Source: an uncultured Gemmatimonadaceae bacterium
GTDB taxonomy: Bacteria; Gemmatimonadota; Gemmatimonadetes; Gemmatimonadales; Gemmatimonadaceae
Length of the DNA stretch: 64,000 nucleotides
NCBI GenBank assembly: GCA_963761305.1
Contig: CAVXGK010000002.1
Span: 2,912,001-2,976,000, forward strand
Direction of reading: 5' to 3'
Of this stretch, positions 36,557 through 46,873 are shown in pieces. The notes beneath the pieces were generated by a model. That model ran no database searches, was not told the DNA's origin, and saw only the letters and a list, made by a program, of their open reading frames with translations. Numbering within the stretch: the first letter of the stretch is position 1; each line of letters opens with the position of its first letter. The position numbers were made by a program, and so were the translations under genes.

Positions 36557-39280
36557 ATGACTCGCCGATTCCCCGGATTGAAACGGCTGCTGCGCATCGA
36601 TCGCGGACGCGCGACGGTCGATCGCGCCGTCGACGACGAGCTGCGATTCCACTTCGAGATGACGATGACGGAGCTCATGGCCAGCGGCATGACACCGGAC
36701 GACGCGCGCCGCGAAACGGAGCGGCGCTTTGGCGACTTGCAGCGCACGCGCAAACGCCTGGCGACGATCGACCGCGGCCGCGTCGAACAGGAGCGGCGCG
36801 CCGAGTGGTGGAGCGGATTCGCGCAGGATTTCCGATACGCGCTGCGCGGGCTGCGACTCAAACCGTGGTTCGCCGTCGCCGTGATCCTCACGCTCGGACT
36901 CGGCATCGGCGCCAACGCGGCGATGTTCGGCATCGTCGATCGCCTGCTGTTCCGGCCGCCGGCCTTCCTCAACGCGCCCGATCGCACGGCGCGCTTCTAT
37001 CTGGCTCGCTCGTTTCGCGGCGTCGAGAACTTCGGCAGCTACACCGGATATCGTCGCTATCTCGACCTGCGCGAGGGCACGACGTCGTTCGACGCGATGA
37101 CGCCGTACTACACAAACGATCTCGCCGTCGGAATGGGCGACGCGACCAAGGAAATGCGAGTCGCGGTGAGCGGCGCCGACTTCTGGAAGATGTTCGACAT
37201 CAAGCCGGTGCTCGGCCGCTTCTTCTCGGATGCCGAGGACGTGCCACCGGTCGGGACGCGCGTCGCCGTGCTGTCATTCGCGTACTGGCAAACACAATAC
37301 GCAGGACGCAGTGACGTGCTCGGTTCGCCGATGGACATCGGACCGGCACGGTACACGATCATCGGCGTGGCGCCCGAGGGCTTCAACGGATTCGAGACCG
37401 ATCCGGTCGTCGCATTCCTTCCGATGGCGGCCGAGAACGGGGCGGCGTCGCGCGGGAATACGAAGAATCCGTGGTACAGCACCTACAACATGACGTGGTT
37501 CGAGGTGTTCGCACGCCGCAAGCCAGCGGTCAGCGCGCAGGCGGCCACGACGGATCTGACGCGCGCGTACCAGCAGAGCTACAAGAAGCAGCTCGCGGTG
37601 AATCCCGGGACGACGGCGTTCGACATCGCCAAGCCATACGCGATCGTCGGCCCCCTGCTGCGTGACCGCGGACCAAACGAGGGCAGCGACGCAAAGGTTG
37701 CCAGCTGGCTGATCGGCGTGGCGGCGATGGTGCTGCTCATCGCGTGCGCGAACGTCGCGAACCTCTTGCTCGCCCGCGCGCTCAGGCGCCGACGAGAGAT
37801 CGCGGTCCGGATCGCCCTCGGCGTGAGCCGAAGCCGGCTGTTGATGCAGCTGCTCACCGAGAGTCTGTTGCTCGCGGCACTCGGCGGCGTGACCGGCCTT
37901 GCGATCGCGCAGTGGGGCGGCGCCGCGATGCGGCGTCTCCTGCTCAACGAAGCGGATTCCGGGGCGACGGCGTTCACCGATCCGAGGCTGATCGGCCTCG
38001 CCGCCGCACTGGCGATTCTCGCCGGGCTCCTGACCGGGCTGGCGCCTGCCTTCCAGACGGGACGCGGTGACGTGGCGGCGGCACTCAAGGCGGGTGCGCG
38101 AGAGGGCGTCGTGCATCGGTCGCGCCTGCGCGCGGCGCTGCTCATCGCGCAGGCGGCGATTTCCGTGGTGTTGTTGATCGGCGCCGGACTGTTCCTGCGC
38201 AGCCTCTCGAACGTCGAGAACGTTCGCATGGGTTACGACGCCGACCGTCTGCTGTGGGTGGACCTGCGCGCTCGCGGCGTGACGCGCGATTCGGCGCAGA
38301 ACCTCGCGCTGCGTCGCGAGCTGCTGGCGCGTGCGCAGTCGCTGCCCGACGTCGAGCGCGCATCGCGCGCGCTCACGGTGCCGTTCTGGTCGACGTGGGA
38401 GTACGAGCTATTCGTTCAAGGCATCGACTCGGTTTCCCGGCTCGGCGACTTCACGATGCAAGGGGCCACACCCGGGTTCTTCGCCACCATGGGTACGCGC
38501 CTGCTGCAAGGCCGCGCGTTCACCGACGCGGACGGTGCGAACGCGCCACACGTGATGGTCGTCGGACAGTCGATGGCGAAGAAGCTCTGGCCCGGCGAGA
38601 GTGCGCTCGGCAAGTGCGTTCGCATCAACGCCGACACCGTGCCGTGTACAACGGTCATCGGTATCGCCGAGGACGTGCGCCGCGGGAGCATCGCTGAAAC
38701 GGAGATGCACTATTACATGCCGATCGACCAGTTCCAGCCGGCGAACGGTGGACTGTTCATTCGCACGCGCGGCATCGCGGCCGGAAAATCGGAGGCGATC
38801 CGTCGTGCGCTCCAGCCGCTCATGGAAGGCGGATCGTACGTGACCGTGACGCCGATGACGACGATCATCGCCCCGGAGATCCGATCGTGGAAGCTCGGCG
38901 CACTGATGTTCTCGATCTTCGGCGCGCTCGCGTTGGTGCTCGCGGCGATCGGGCTCTACAGCGTCATCGCGTACAACGTGACGCAGCGGACGCACGAGAT
39001 GGGCGTCCGCGTCGCGCTCGGCGCGCAAGCGCGAGACGTGATCCAGCTGATCGTCAGCGAGGGATTGCGAATCGTTGTGCCGGGGGTGGCCCTCGGCGCG
39101 GTCATCGCGCTCGTCGCCGGGAAGTGGATCGCGCCGCTGCTGTTTCAAGTGTCGCCGAAAGATCCACCCGTGCTGGTCGGCGTCGTGACGATCTTGCTCG
39201 CGGTGGCGATCGCCGCCAGCTGGTTGCCGGCGCGGCGCGCGGCGCGCGTCGATCCGAACGAGGCGTTGAGAGCGGACTGA
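36557..39280 (+). CDS. ADOP-type duplicated ABC permease (MacB/FtsX-like) with permease-prefix domain
   Basis: DDELRFHFEM prefix, QDFRYALR, TLGLGIGAN, LLIACANVANLLLAR, REIAVRIALG and PARRAARVDP. Confidence 0.92.
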   Translation: MTRRFPGLKRLLRIDRGRATVDRAVDDELRFHFEMTMTELMASGMTPDDARRETERRFGDLQRTRKRLATIDRGRVEQERRAEWWSGFAQDFRYALRGLRLKPWFAVAVILTLGLGIGANAAMFGIVDRLLFRPPAFLNAPDRTARFYLARSFRGVENFGSYTGYRRYLDLREGTTSFDAMTPYYTNDLAVGMGDATKEMRVAVSGADFWKMFDIKPVLGRFFSDAEDVPPVGTRVAVLSFAYWQTQYAGRSDVLGSPMDIGPARYTIIGVAPEGFNGFETDPVVAFLPMAAENGAASRGNTKNPWYSTYNMTWFEVFARRKPAVSAQAATTDLTRAYQQSYKKQLAVNPGTTAFDIAKPYAIVGPLLRDRGPNEGSDAKVASWLIGVAAMVLLIACANVANLLLARALRRRREIAVRIALGVSRSRLLMQLLTESLLLAALGGVTGLAIAQWGGAAMRRLLLNEADSGATAFTDPRLIGLAAALAILAGLLTGLAPAFQTGRGDVAAALKAGAREGVVHRSRLRAALLIAQAAISVVLLIGAGLFLRSLSNVENVRMGYDADRLLWVDLRARGVTRDSAQNLALRRELLARAQSLPDVERASRALTVPFWSTWEYELFVQGIDSVSRLGDFTMQGATPGFFATMGTRLLQGRAFTDADGANAPHVMVVGQSMAKKLWPGESALGKCVRINADTVPCTTVIGIAEDVRRGSIAETEMHYYMPIDQFQPANGGLFIRTRGIAAGKSEAIRRALQPLMEGGSYVTVTPMTTIIAPEIRSWKLGALMFSIFGALALVLAAIGLYSVIAYNVTQRTHEMGVRVALGAQARDVIQLIVSEGLRIVVPGVALGAVIALVAGKWIAPLLFQVSPKDPPVLVGVVTILLAVAIAASWLPARRAARVDPNEALRAD

Positions 39281-39307
39281 GCGCCCGCTCTCGACGCCGT
39301 CCGTCGC

Positions 39308-39586
39308 CTAGCGGCGCGCTTCCCAACCCTTCTTCGCGGAGCGGCTGCGCTCGGCGCTCGACGCGTTCGAGCTGGCTTTGAGCCCGCCGCGGCGCGACGG
39401 CTCCGAGATCTCGGCGCGTCCGCGGGCCGTGCCCGACTTCTTGGCGCTCGGCACGATGTTCACGCTCCCTGACGCGCGACGCGCGGACTCTCTCGATGAG
39501 GCGCCGCGTCCTTCGTCGCCGCGCGGGGCGTGCTCGGCATGGCGTTTCTGCTTGCTCGTGTCTGAACTCTTGCTGCTTCGTGCCAT
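39308..39586 (-). CDS. Small basic stress-type protein (often annotated 'plasmid stabilization protein')
   Basis: SKQKRHAEH..G.E.RG.S..ES.RRA...VN...KKSG..RG pattern; strong AGGAGG RBS before ATG 39586. Confidence 0.6.
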   Translation of the reverse strand: MARSSKSSDTSKQKRHAEHAPRGDEGRGASSRESARRASGSVNIVPSAKKSGTARGRAEISEPSRRGGLKASSNASSAERSRSAKKGWEARR

Positions 39587-39758
39587 CGTGTCCTCCTGAT
39601 TCCGTCCGAAAATTGGCGAGCGGTGATCGATTGTCCTGACGTCGCACGCGTCGTGCCGCCCGCGTCGCAACGCGGCGATTCGCTTGCCGGCCATTGACGC
39701 TGCGTCGCACGCCGCGGAGCTTCATCGAGCCTCGTCAACACGCAATGGAGAGCAGTCG

Positions 39759-42641
39759 ATGTTGTCCGTGATTCTCACCGCGGCTCTGCTGCAGGCCGCG
39801 AGCACGCCCGATTCGAGCGGGATCCGCAATCCCACGTACGCGCGCGACGGCCGCCTCGCCGTGAGCGTGGCCGGTGACATCTGGATCGTGTCGAAGTCGG
39901 GCGCATGGTCGCGTGTGACGTCGGGGCCGGCGTGGGACCGCGAGCCGGCGTGGACGCCTGACGGCGCGGCCATCGTGTTTTCATCCGATCGATCGGGCAC
40001 GTTCAGTCTGTGGCGTGTCGAGGTGCGCGGGGAGCAAGGCGCCACCGAGCCCGCACCGGAGCGCCTGACGTCGTCATCGCTGCCCGACGCCGAGCCGACC
40101 GTGTTGCGCGACGGCCGGGTCGTGTTCGTGCGCGGACGGTTGGGCGCGGCTCGCCTTTGGATTCGCTCGACGGCCGGTGCCGAGTCGCGTCTCACGAAGG
40201 ACGACGCGTCCGAAGAATGGCCGGTGGCGTCGCCGGACGGTTCGCGCATCGCCTACGTGTCGATCGCGTCCGGATCGAGAAAACTGCAAGTCCGCAACGC
40301 CGACAACGGACAGGACAGCACCGTGCTGACCGACGCGCGCGTCGAGCACCCGGCGTGGTCGCCGTCCGGCGATCGTCTCACGTGGACGGCGACCGGCGCG
40401 CGCGGCGCCGTGTACGTGTCGCCGCTCGACGGGCGCTACGTGAACGTCGCGAGCGCGCGCCACGCCGAGTCGGCGTGGAATCCCGACGGAAAGACGATCA
40501 CGCTCGCCGATCTGCCTCCTTCGGAGCCGATCGCGCCGGTCGCCTACAACGGAGACCCCGACCGCACCGGCGATCGCGAAGCGAACCTGCTGGCGTCGGC
40601 CGGCGGACGTATGTGGACCGTGTCGGCGCCGGTTCCACCGGACGTCGAGCTGGTGCAGCAGCAGGGTTCACCGGCGCTCGATCGCGCCGCGCGCAACGCC
40701 GACGCGTTCGACCAGCTGTGGGATCGCACGGCGGCGTTGTACTACTCGTCTGCCGACGCGGCGCCGCGCCGCGCCCAGTGGGAATCGCTGAAATCCAAAT
40801 ACCGTCCGCGCGCGATCGCCGCCAAGAACGATGACGAGCTCGCGTTGGTGCTGCACGACCTCGTTCGCGAGCATCCGCCGTATCGTCAGTCGGCGACCGG
40901 ACGCGCCGCGGTGTCGAGCGCGCATCCCGTCGCCACCGCCGCCGGACTCGAGATGCTCGCCAAAGGCGGCAACGTGGTCGACGCCGCCGTCGCGGTGTCG
41001 TTCGCGCTCGGCGTCGTCGAACCCGACGCGAGCGGTCCGGGCGGATACGGACAGCTGCTCGTCTTCACGCAAGGGCTCGACCGTCCGCAGCTGATCGAAT
41101 TCATGTCGCGTGTGCCGGAGGACGCTGGGCTCAACAACACGTCGCTGCTCACGAACGGCCGATTGCCGGACGGCGGACCGGTGTTGGCGAACGTGCCGGG
41201 AACCGTCGCTGCGATGTATCTCGCGTGGCAGAAGTTCGGCAGCAAGAAGCTTCCGTGGTCCGACCTGCTTCAGCCGGCGATCCGCGCCGCGCGCGACGGC
41301 TACGTCGTGAGCGAAGGTCTCGCGACGACGCTGGCGACCGAACGCGACCAGTTCCTCAAGTATGACGCGAGCCGCGCGTTGTTCTTCCGCGACGGCGAGC
41401 CGGTGCACGCGGGCGACACGATCAAGAATCCCGATCTCGCGTGGACGCTCGATCAGATCGCGCGCGGCGGCGCCGACGCGTTCTACAAGGGCGACGTCGC
41501 GATGAAGATGGTCGCCGACCTTCGCGCGCACGGCAACGCGATGAAGGCGAGCGATCTCGCGCGCTACTTCGCCGCCGAGCGCGATCCGGTCTCGAGCACG
41601 TATCGCGGCTACACGCTGTTCTCCACTGCTCCGCCGGTCGCCGGCGGAGCGGAGCTCGCCGCGAAGCTCAACTCGCTCGAAGCATTCGGAGCGCTGCAGC
41701 CGTATCCCGACGACGCGACTTCCCTGCACGCCATGATCGCGGCGTGGCAGCTCGTGCCGTCCACGCGCAACCGCATCGCCGACCCCGGCATCTGGTCGAC
41801 GAACGTCGAGCCGTTCACCGACAAGGACACGGCACGCGCGCGCTGGCGCTGCTTCGAGCGCGACAAGGCGATCAGTCTCGCGACGTTGCGCGGCGACACG
41901 CTTCGCTGCGGCGACGCCGCCAAGACGGCGAGCGTCGAGCTGGCGCGTCCGCCGGAGTGCATCGCGCACGGATACGACGCCAACCAGGCCGCGTCGTGCC
42001 GTTCAGCGGGAACGACGGCGTTCGTCGTCGCCGACGCGGCGGGCAACGTCGTCGCGGCGACGCAAACGCTCGGCACCTGGGGCGGCGGGTTCTACGTGTC
42101 ACCCGGATTGGGATTCTTATATAACGACAAACTGGCGTCGTACGGAACCGACCCGGGCGGTTACGGGTCGCGGGTTCCGTACGCGCGCCACGGCAGCACG
42201 ATCGCGCCGACGATCGTGTTCGAGGGCAGCGGCAAGTCGCGCCACACGGTGATGGCCGTCGGCGCCGCGGGCAACGCGTGGATCACGTCGGCCGTGTACG
42301 AAACGCTCATCGGCATGATGGATCAACACCTCGGTCCGCAAGCCGCGCTCGAGCTGCCGCGGTTCCTCGTCGGCGGCGGATTCGGCGGAGGAGGAGGCCG
42401 CGGCGGCGGGCGAGGCGGAGCCGCCGCCCAACCGGCGCCGAGCGGGGCGACGATCGAGCTCGAGGACGGATTCTCGCCCGAGGTGATGAAGCGGCTCGGG
42501 GAGCTCGGATACCGCACGCAGCTCGTGTCGCTGCCTGGCGAGCTGCGCGAAGGCTACGGCGCCGCGTTGCGCATCGATGGCGGACGCGTGACCGCCGGCG
42601 CCGATCCTCGCCGAGCGGGCGCCGCCGGCGCGATTCCGTAG
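39759..42641 (+). CDS. Secreted PD40/TolB beta-propeller + gamma-glutamyltransferase fusion
   Basis: Repeats PAWTPDG/SPDG/PAWSPSG/SAWNPDG, then GGT motifs SAHPVAT.AG..ML..GGNVVDAAVA, VVEP.ASGPGG, VPGTVA, AFYKG, GTTAF.VAD..GN and GADPRR. Confidence 0.88.
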   Translation: MLSVILTAALLQAASTPDSSGIRNPTYARDGRLAVSVAGDIWIVSKSGAWSRVTSGPAWDREPAWTPDGAAIVFSSDRSGTFSLWRVEVRGEQGATEPAPERLTSSSLPDAEPTVLRDGRVVFVRGRLGAARLWIRSTAGAESRLTKDDASEEWPVASPDGSRIAYVSIASGSRKLQVRNADNGQDSTVLTDARVEHPAWSPSGDRLTWTATGARGAVYVSPLDGRYVNVASARHAESAWNPDGKTITLADLPPSEPIAPVAYNGDPDRTGDREANLLASAGGRMWTVSAPVPPDVELVQQQGSPALDRAARNADAFDQLWDRTAALYYSSADAAPRRAQWESLKSKYRPRAIAAKNDDELALVLHDLVREHPPYRQSATGRAAVSSAHPVATAAGLEMLAKGGNVVDAAVAVSFALGVVEPDASGPGGYGQLLVFTQGLDRPQLIEFMSRVPEDAGLNNTSLLTNGRLPDGGPVLANVPGTVAAMYLAWQKFGSKKLPWSDLLQPAIRAARDGYVVSEGLATTLATERDQFLKYDASRALFFRDGEPVHAGDTIKNPDLAWTLDQIARGGADAFYKGDVAMKMVADLRAHGNAMKASDLARYFAAERDPVSSTYRGYTLFSTAPPVAGGAELAAKLNSLEAFGALQPYPDDATSLHAMIAAWQLVPSTRNRIADPGIWSTNVEPFTDKDTARARWRCFERDKAISLATLRGDTLRCGDAAKTASVELARPPECIAHGYDANQAASCRSAGTTAFVVADAAGNVVAATQTLGTWGGGFYVSPGLGFLYNDKLASYGTDPGGYGSRVPYARHGSTIAPTIVFEGSGKSRHTVMAVGAAGNAWITSAVYETLIGMMDQHLGPQAALELPRFLVGGGFGGGGGRGGGRGGAAAQPAPSGATIELEDGFSPEVMKRLGELGYRTQLVSLPGELREGYGAALRIDGGRVTAGADPRRAGAAGAIP

Positions 42642-42648
42642 CGGCGAG

Positions 42649-43269
42649 CTAGTCCGGCTTCTTCGCTCCGCGCTGCGGCGCCGGCTTCGTATTGGAAGGC
42701 GGCGTCGCGGTCGAGGGCGACATGCCGGGCATCGTCGCGCCCGGCGGCATCGCGGCCTGCGCGGAATCAGGCAACGTCGGCACGTCGGACAGATGCTCCT
42801 GCACGACGTACCAGCGTGAGCCGCGCTTCTCGAACGCGGCCGTCCACGCGCCGGCGATCACATGCGGCTGGTTCCGCGGCGTGAGATGCGGAATGTGGTA
42901 CGTCGCCGTCATGACCGCCGCGTTGGGAGCGAGAACGTCCACGACCATTTCGTCCCAGACCCACTGCGGTTGGCGCATGTTCACGCCGACATTGTCCCAG
43001 AACGCCTTGATGCCCATCGCAAGCGTGTCTCGAGAAGTGATCATTCGCCCCGCCGACGCGGAAACGATGGGGCCGGCCGGCGGATAGAGACTCAGCATCC
43101 GCTGGGCGACGTCGGGTTTGGACAGGTCGTACGCCGCCCTCACCTGGCGGGCGAGCGAGTCGGCGATGGCTCGGCGGTCGCCCGACGAGAGCGTCGACGA
43201 GTCGCACGCCGTGATCGCCGCCGATAGGCAAGCCGCCGCGAGGATTCGGAACGAAGTTGTGCGTCGCAT
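42649..43269 (-). CDS. NTF2/SnoaL-like (DUF4440) lipoprotein
   Basis: Lipobox ITAC; VDVLAPNAAV...AWTAAFEKRGSRWYVVQEHLS. Confidence 0.75.
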   Translation of the reverse strand: MRRTTSFRILAAACLSAAITACDSSTLSSGDRRAIADSLARQVRAAYDLSKPDVAQRMLSLYPPAGPIVSASAGRMITSRDTLAMGIKAFWDNVGVNMRQPQWVWDEMVVDVLAPNAAVMTATYHIPHLTPRNQPHVIAGAWTAAFEKRGSRWYVVQEHLSDVPTLPDSAQAAMPPGATMPGMSPSTATPPSNTKPAPQRGAKKPD

Positions 43270-43569
43270 GTGGTTGAGTACCCGCCTGAGGTGGCGACGG
43301 CCACGCTCAACCGACACCGGAATCCGGCGAAACACCCACGAAACACCGATGAGAACGCGGAGCCGGCGCGAACATATCGGACTCGAGTCGTAGGGGACAG
43401 CTGTGCCCCGCGTGTCCTCGGACTGGGACGGGGTGCGTCCTGCGAGAGAGACGGAGCTCGGCACGTAAGTTTCTCTTTCGACCGTTTACAATTGGCGCGT
43501 GGTGTGCCATTGTCAGAGTTCGACCATCGCGCGCGCGACGCGCGAGTCGTCCCGCCCTGGGGGGCTACG

Positions 43570-44178
43570 ATGCGAAAACTCGTGTCATTGGCGCTCGGAT
43601 CGACCGCGATCGTGGCGCTCGCGTGCGGAAAGTCGAAATCGAACGCGACCGCGTTGAACGACGACCTCAAGCGCGACCTGCAGATGGCCACGCAGTCGCA
43701 GGCGATCCAGATCAGTCCGGACGAGATCTCGCCGCGCAGCCATCAGGAGATGGCGCTCAAGCCGAAGGCGGCGCCCAGCGGGCCGCGCACCATCCGCAGC
43801 GACCACCCGACCCGAAAGGCGTCGGTGACACCGGTCCAGGAAGCCAACATCAAGACAGAGCTCCCGCCGGCCCAGGTGATGGCGTCCACGGCGACGGCCG
43901 CCCCGTCGCCGGCGCCCTCGAATGACGCACCGCCGCTCGCACGCCCATCGCCCCTCCCGGCGCCGAGTTATCCGGCCGCCGCCCCGATCGGCGACAACGG
44001 ACCGGGCGGAGTAGGCGCGGTGCTGGGCGGAATCTTTGGTGCGGTGATTCGCGGCGGAGTCATCGACGACGATCACTGCGATCCGCGCCGCGCGCCACGC
44101 ACCGGCAGGCCCATCGGAGGCGACATCCCGACGGGGATTGGCCGTTCGCCGATCTTTGGCGGAGGCCGGCGGTTCTAG
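43570..44178 (+). CDS. Hypothetical Pro/Ala-rich lipoprotein
   Basis: MRKLVSLALGSTAIVALAC lipobox, DDLKRDLQMA, and C-terminal VIRGG..DDDHCDP. Confidence 0.7.
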   Translation: MRKLVSLALGSTAIVALACGKSKSNATALNDDLKRDLQMATQSQAIQISPDEISPRSHQEMALKPKAAPSGPRTIRSDHPTRKASVTPVQEANIKTELPPAQVMASTATAAPSPAPSNDAPPLARPSPLPAPSYPAAAPIGDNGPGGVGAVLGGIFGAVIRGGVIDDDHCDPRRAPRTGRPIGGDIPTGIGRSPIFGGGRRF

Positions 44179-44205
44179 GCGGGCGGTAGTTCTGGTGTGG
44201 CAAAC

Positions 44206-44236
44206 GGGGCTCCCGAGAGGGGGCCCCTTCGTTTTT
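44206..44236 (+). terminator. Rho-independent terminator
   Basis: GGGGCTCCC-GAGA-GGGGGCCCC followed by TTCGTTTTT. Confidence 0.85.
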
Positions 44237-44362
44237 GATGCCGTTCGTTCTCCCGGTCGCTGACGCTGACTGCGTACTTGTCTGCGTTTCGCCAAGTGCT
44301 CGAACCCTTTCCCGCCGCCAACTGTCGAATCCGAACGCCCTTCCCTCCCCCCGAGGTCCCTG

Positions 44363-46804
44363 ATGGACGCCCTGCTTCGCGATATCGGCTACAGCTTTCG
44401 GCGACTCAGAAAGAGCCCGGTTTTCACGGCGATCGTCCTCGTCACCTTGGCGCTCGGCATCGGCGCGAACACGGCGATTTTCAGCGTCGTCAACACGGTC
44501 CTTCTTCGGGCGCTTCCCTATCGCGACCCGGGCGCGCTCGTCTCGATCGAGCATTTCTATCCGTCGCTCAACAGTATGGAAGCTCCGGTTTCTGCCGCCG
44601 GCTTCCGCGACTATCGCGACAAGACGAGCAGCTTCGAGTCGGTCGCGGTCGAGACGAATTTTGGCGCGAACCTCACGGCGGCGGGCGGCGATGCCGAGCG
44701 CGTGCCGGGTGAGCGGGTTTCCGGCGATTGGTTCCACGTGTTGGGTGTGGCGCCGCAGGCGGGCCGCGTGATTCAGCGCGATGACGACCAGCCGGGACAC
44801 GAGCACGTCGTGGTCATATCCGACGGACTGTGGACCCGGCTGTTGGCACGTAAACCATCGGCAGTCGGTTCGACCATCGAGCTGAACGGCGAGTCCTACC
44901 AGATCATCGGCGTGATGCCGCCGGAGTTCCGCGCCTTCTACTCTCGCTTGGCGGATCTCTACGTGCCGCTCGCGCTCGCGCCCGCCGCGTTCAACTCGGG
45001 CTACACCAACGAGTACCTCAACTCGGTCGCGCGCCTCAAGAGCGGCGTGCCACTCGAGCGCGGACAGGCGGAGATGAAGATCTTCGCCGAAAACTTGAAA
45101 AAGGCGAATCCGAACAACTTTGCGCCGACCTGGACGCTCAAGGTGCGCAGCCTCGACGACCTGTCGACGGGACGCATTCGTCCGGTGCTGCTCGTGCTGC
45201 TCGGCGCCGTCGGCTTCGTGCTGCTCATCGCCTGCGCCAACGTCGCCAACCTGTTGCTCGCCCGCGCGGCGATCCGCATCAAGGAGATCGCGATTCGCGC
45301 TGCGCTCGGCGCCGACCGCGCGTCGTTGGTTCGGCAGCTCCTCACCGAGAGCATGATGCTGGCGTTGGGCGGCGGCGTGCTCGGACTCGCGCTCGCGCGG
45401 TGGAGCGTGGCGTCGCTCGTCGCGCTCAATCCGACTCTGCCGCGCGCCAACGAGGTCGGCGTCGATTGGCACGTCATGCTGTTCACGCTCGGCCTGTCGA
45501 TCGCCACGGGACTCTTGTTCGGACTGGCGCCGGCGTTGCAGACGTCGCGCACGAATCTTCACGAAACGCTCAAGGACGGGAGCCGCAGCGGAGCAGCCGA
45601 TTTCGCGGGGCGCAGCGTGCGGCGCGGGCTGGTCGTCGCCGAGGTGGCGCTCTCGCTCACGTTGCTCGCCGGCGCCGGCCTCTTGATCAAGAGCGTGGCG
45701 CGCCTCGAAGGCGTCGATCCGGGCTTCGACCCGCACAACGTGCTCGTCTTCAATCTCAATTTGCCGCGCGTGAAGTACGGCACCGACACGGCGCAGATCC
45801 TGTTCATGCAACAGCTCATGCCGCGCCTCAACGCGATCTCCGGCGTGAGGGCGGCCGGAGCGACGTCGGTCATCCCGTTCGGCGGCGGATGGTCCACGGC
45901 CAGCTTCAGCATCGAGGGACTGACCGTCCCGCCGGGGCAGAACGGTCCCTGGGGCGACCTGCGCGTCGTCTCGCCGCGTTTCTTCGACGCCATGCGCATC
46001 CCGCTCAAGAAGGGACGCGTCTTCGACGACAACGACCGGCAAGGCGGACCGCAGGTCGCGATGATCGACGAGCAGTTCGTGAAGAAGTATTTCCCGCACA
46101 CCGATCCGATCGGCAAGCGCATCACGTTCGGCCCGACCAAGCGCGGGGCATCGGATTCGACCTGGATCACGATCGTCGGCGTCGTGGGACACGCGGCGCA
46201 TGAGGGACTCGACGCGGAACCGAGGCTTCAGTACTACTTCCCCACGAGTCAGTCCGGCATCGGGGGCATGACCGTGGCCGTGCGCGCCACCAGCGGGAAT
46301 CCCACCGCGCTGCTCTCCGCGGCGCGCGAGGCGGTGCACTCGATCGACCGCAACTTGCCGCTGTCCGCGGTGAACACGATGGACAAGCTCGTCGAATCGT
46401 CCGTCGGCCAGCGCAAGCTGTCGATGATGTTGCTCGGATTGTTCTCGCTGATCGCCGTCGTGCTCGCGTCGATCGGCATCTACGGCGTGATGAGCTACTC
46501 GGTGACTCAGCGGTCCCGCGAGCTCGGAATTCGCATGGCGCTCGGCGCGGCGCGCTCGCGCGTCCTGGGGCTCGTCGTCGGCCAGGGAATGACGCTCGCC
46601 GCCGTCGGCATCGTGATCGGCCTCGTCGCCGCGTTCGCGCTCACTCGGTTCCTCTCCAACCTGCTGTTCTCGGTCGGCGCCACGGATCCGGGCACGTTCC
46701 TACTCGTCTCGGCGGTGCTGGTCGCGGTCGCGCTGCTGGCGACGCTGATTCCGGCGCTGCGCGCTACGCGCGTCGATCCGGTCGTCGCGCTGCGCGACGA
46801 GTAG
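44363..46804 (+). CDS. ADOP-type duplicated ABC permease
   Basis: RDIGYSFRRL.KSP.FT, TLALGIGANTAIFSVVN, LLIACANVANLLLAR, RELGIRMALGA and RATRVDPVVALR. Confidence 0.93.
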   Translation: MDALLRDIGYSFRRLRKSPVFTAIVLVTLALGIGANTAIFSVVNTVLLRALPYRDPGALVSIEHFYPSLNSMEAPVSAAGFRDYRDKTSSFESVAVETNFGANLTAAGGDAERVPGERVSGDWFHVLGVAPQAGRVIQRDDDQPGHEHVVVISDGLWTRLLARKPSAVGSTIELNGESYQIIGVMPPEFRAFYSRLADLYVPLALAPAAFNSGYTNEYLNSVARLKSGVPLERGQAEMKIFAENLKKANPNNFAPTWTLKVRSLDDLSTGRIRPVLLVLLGAVGFVLLIACANVANLLLARAAIRIKEIAIRAALGADRASLVRQLLTESMMLALGGGVLGLALARWSVASLVALNPTLPRANEVGVDWHVMLFTLGLSIATGLLFGLAPALQTSRTNLHETLKDGSRSGAADFAGRSVRRGLVVAEVALSLTLLAGAGLLIKSVARLEGVDPGFDPHNVLVFNLNLPRVKYGTDTAQILFMQQLMPRLNAISGVRAAGATSVIPFGGGWSTASFSIEGLTVPPGQNGPWGDLRVVSPRFFDAMRIPLKKGRVFDDNDRQGGPQVAMIDEQFVKKYFPHTDPIGKRITFGPTKRGASDSTWITIVGVVGHAAHEGLDAEPRLQYYFPTSQSGIGGMTVAVRATSGNPTALLSAAREAVHSIDRNLPLSAVNTMDKLVESSVGQRKLSMMLLGLFSLIAVVLASIGIYGVMSYSVTQRSRELGIRMALGAARSRVLGLVVGQGMTLAAVGIVIGLVAAFALTRFLSNLLFSVGATDPGTFLLVSAVLVAVALLATLIPALRATRVDPVVALRDE

Positions 46805-46873
46805 CGATCGCTGCATGCACGGTTGCGGGATGACGGCCCCGGCGGCAACGTCCGGCTGTCTCCCGCAACCTTC

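Noticed and set aside
39308..39586. Evidence of a plasmid or toxin-antitoxin module
   Set aside because: The family name is an annotation legacy; there are no ParE/RelE motifs, partner gene or mobile-element genes nearby.
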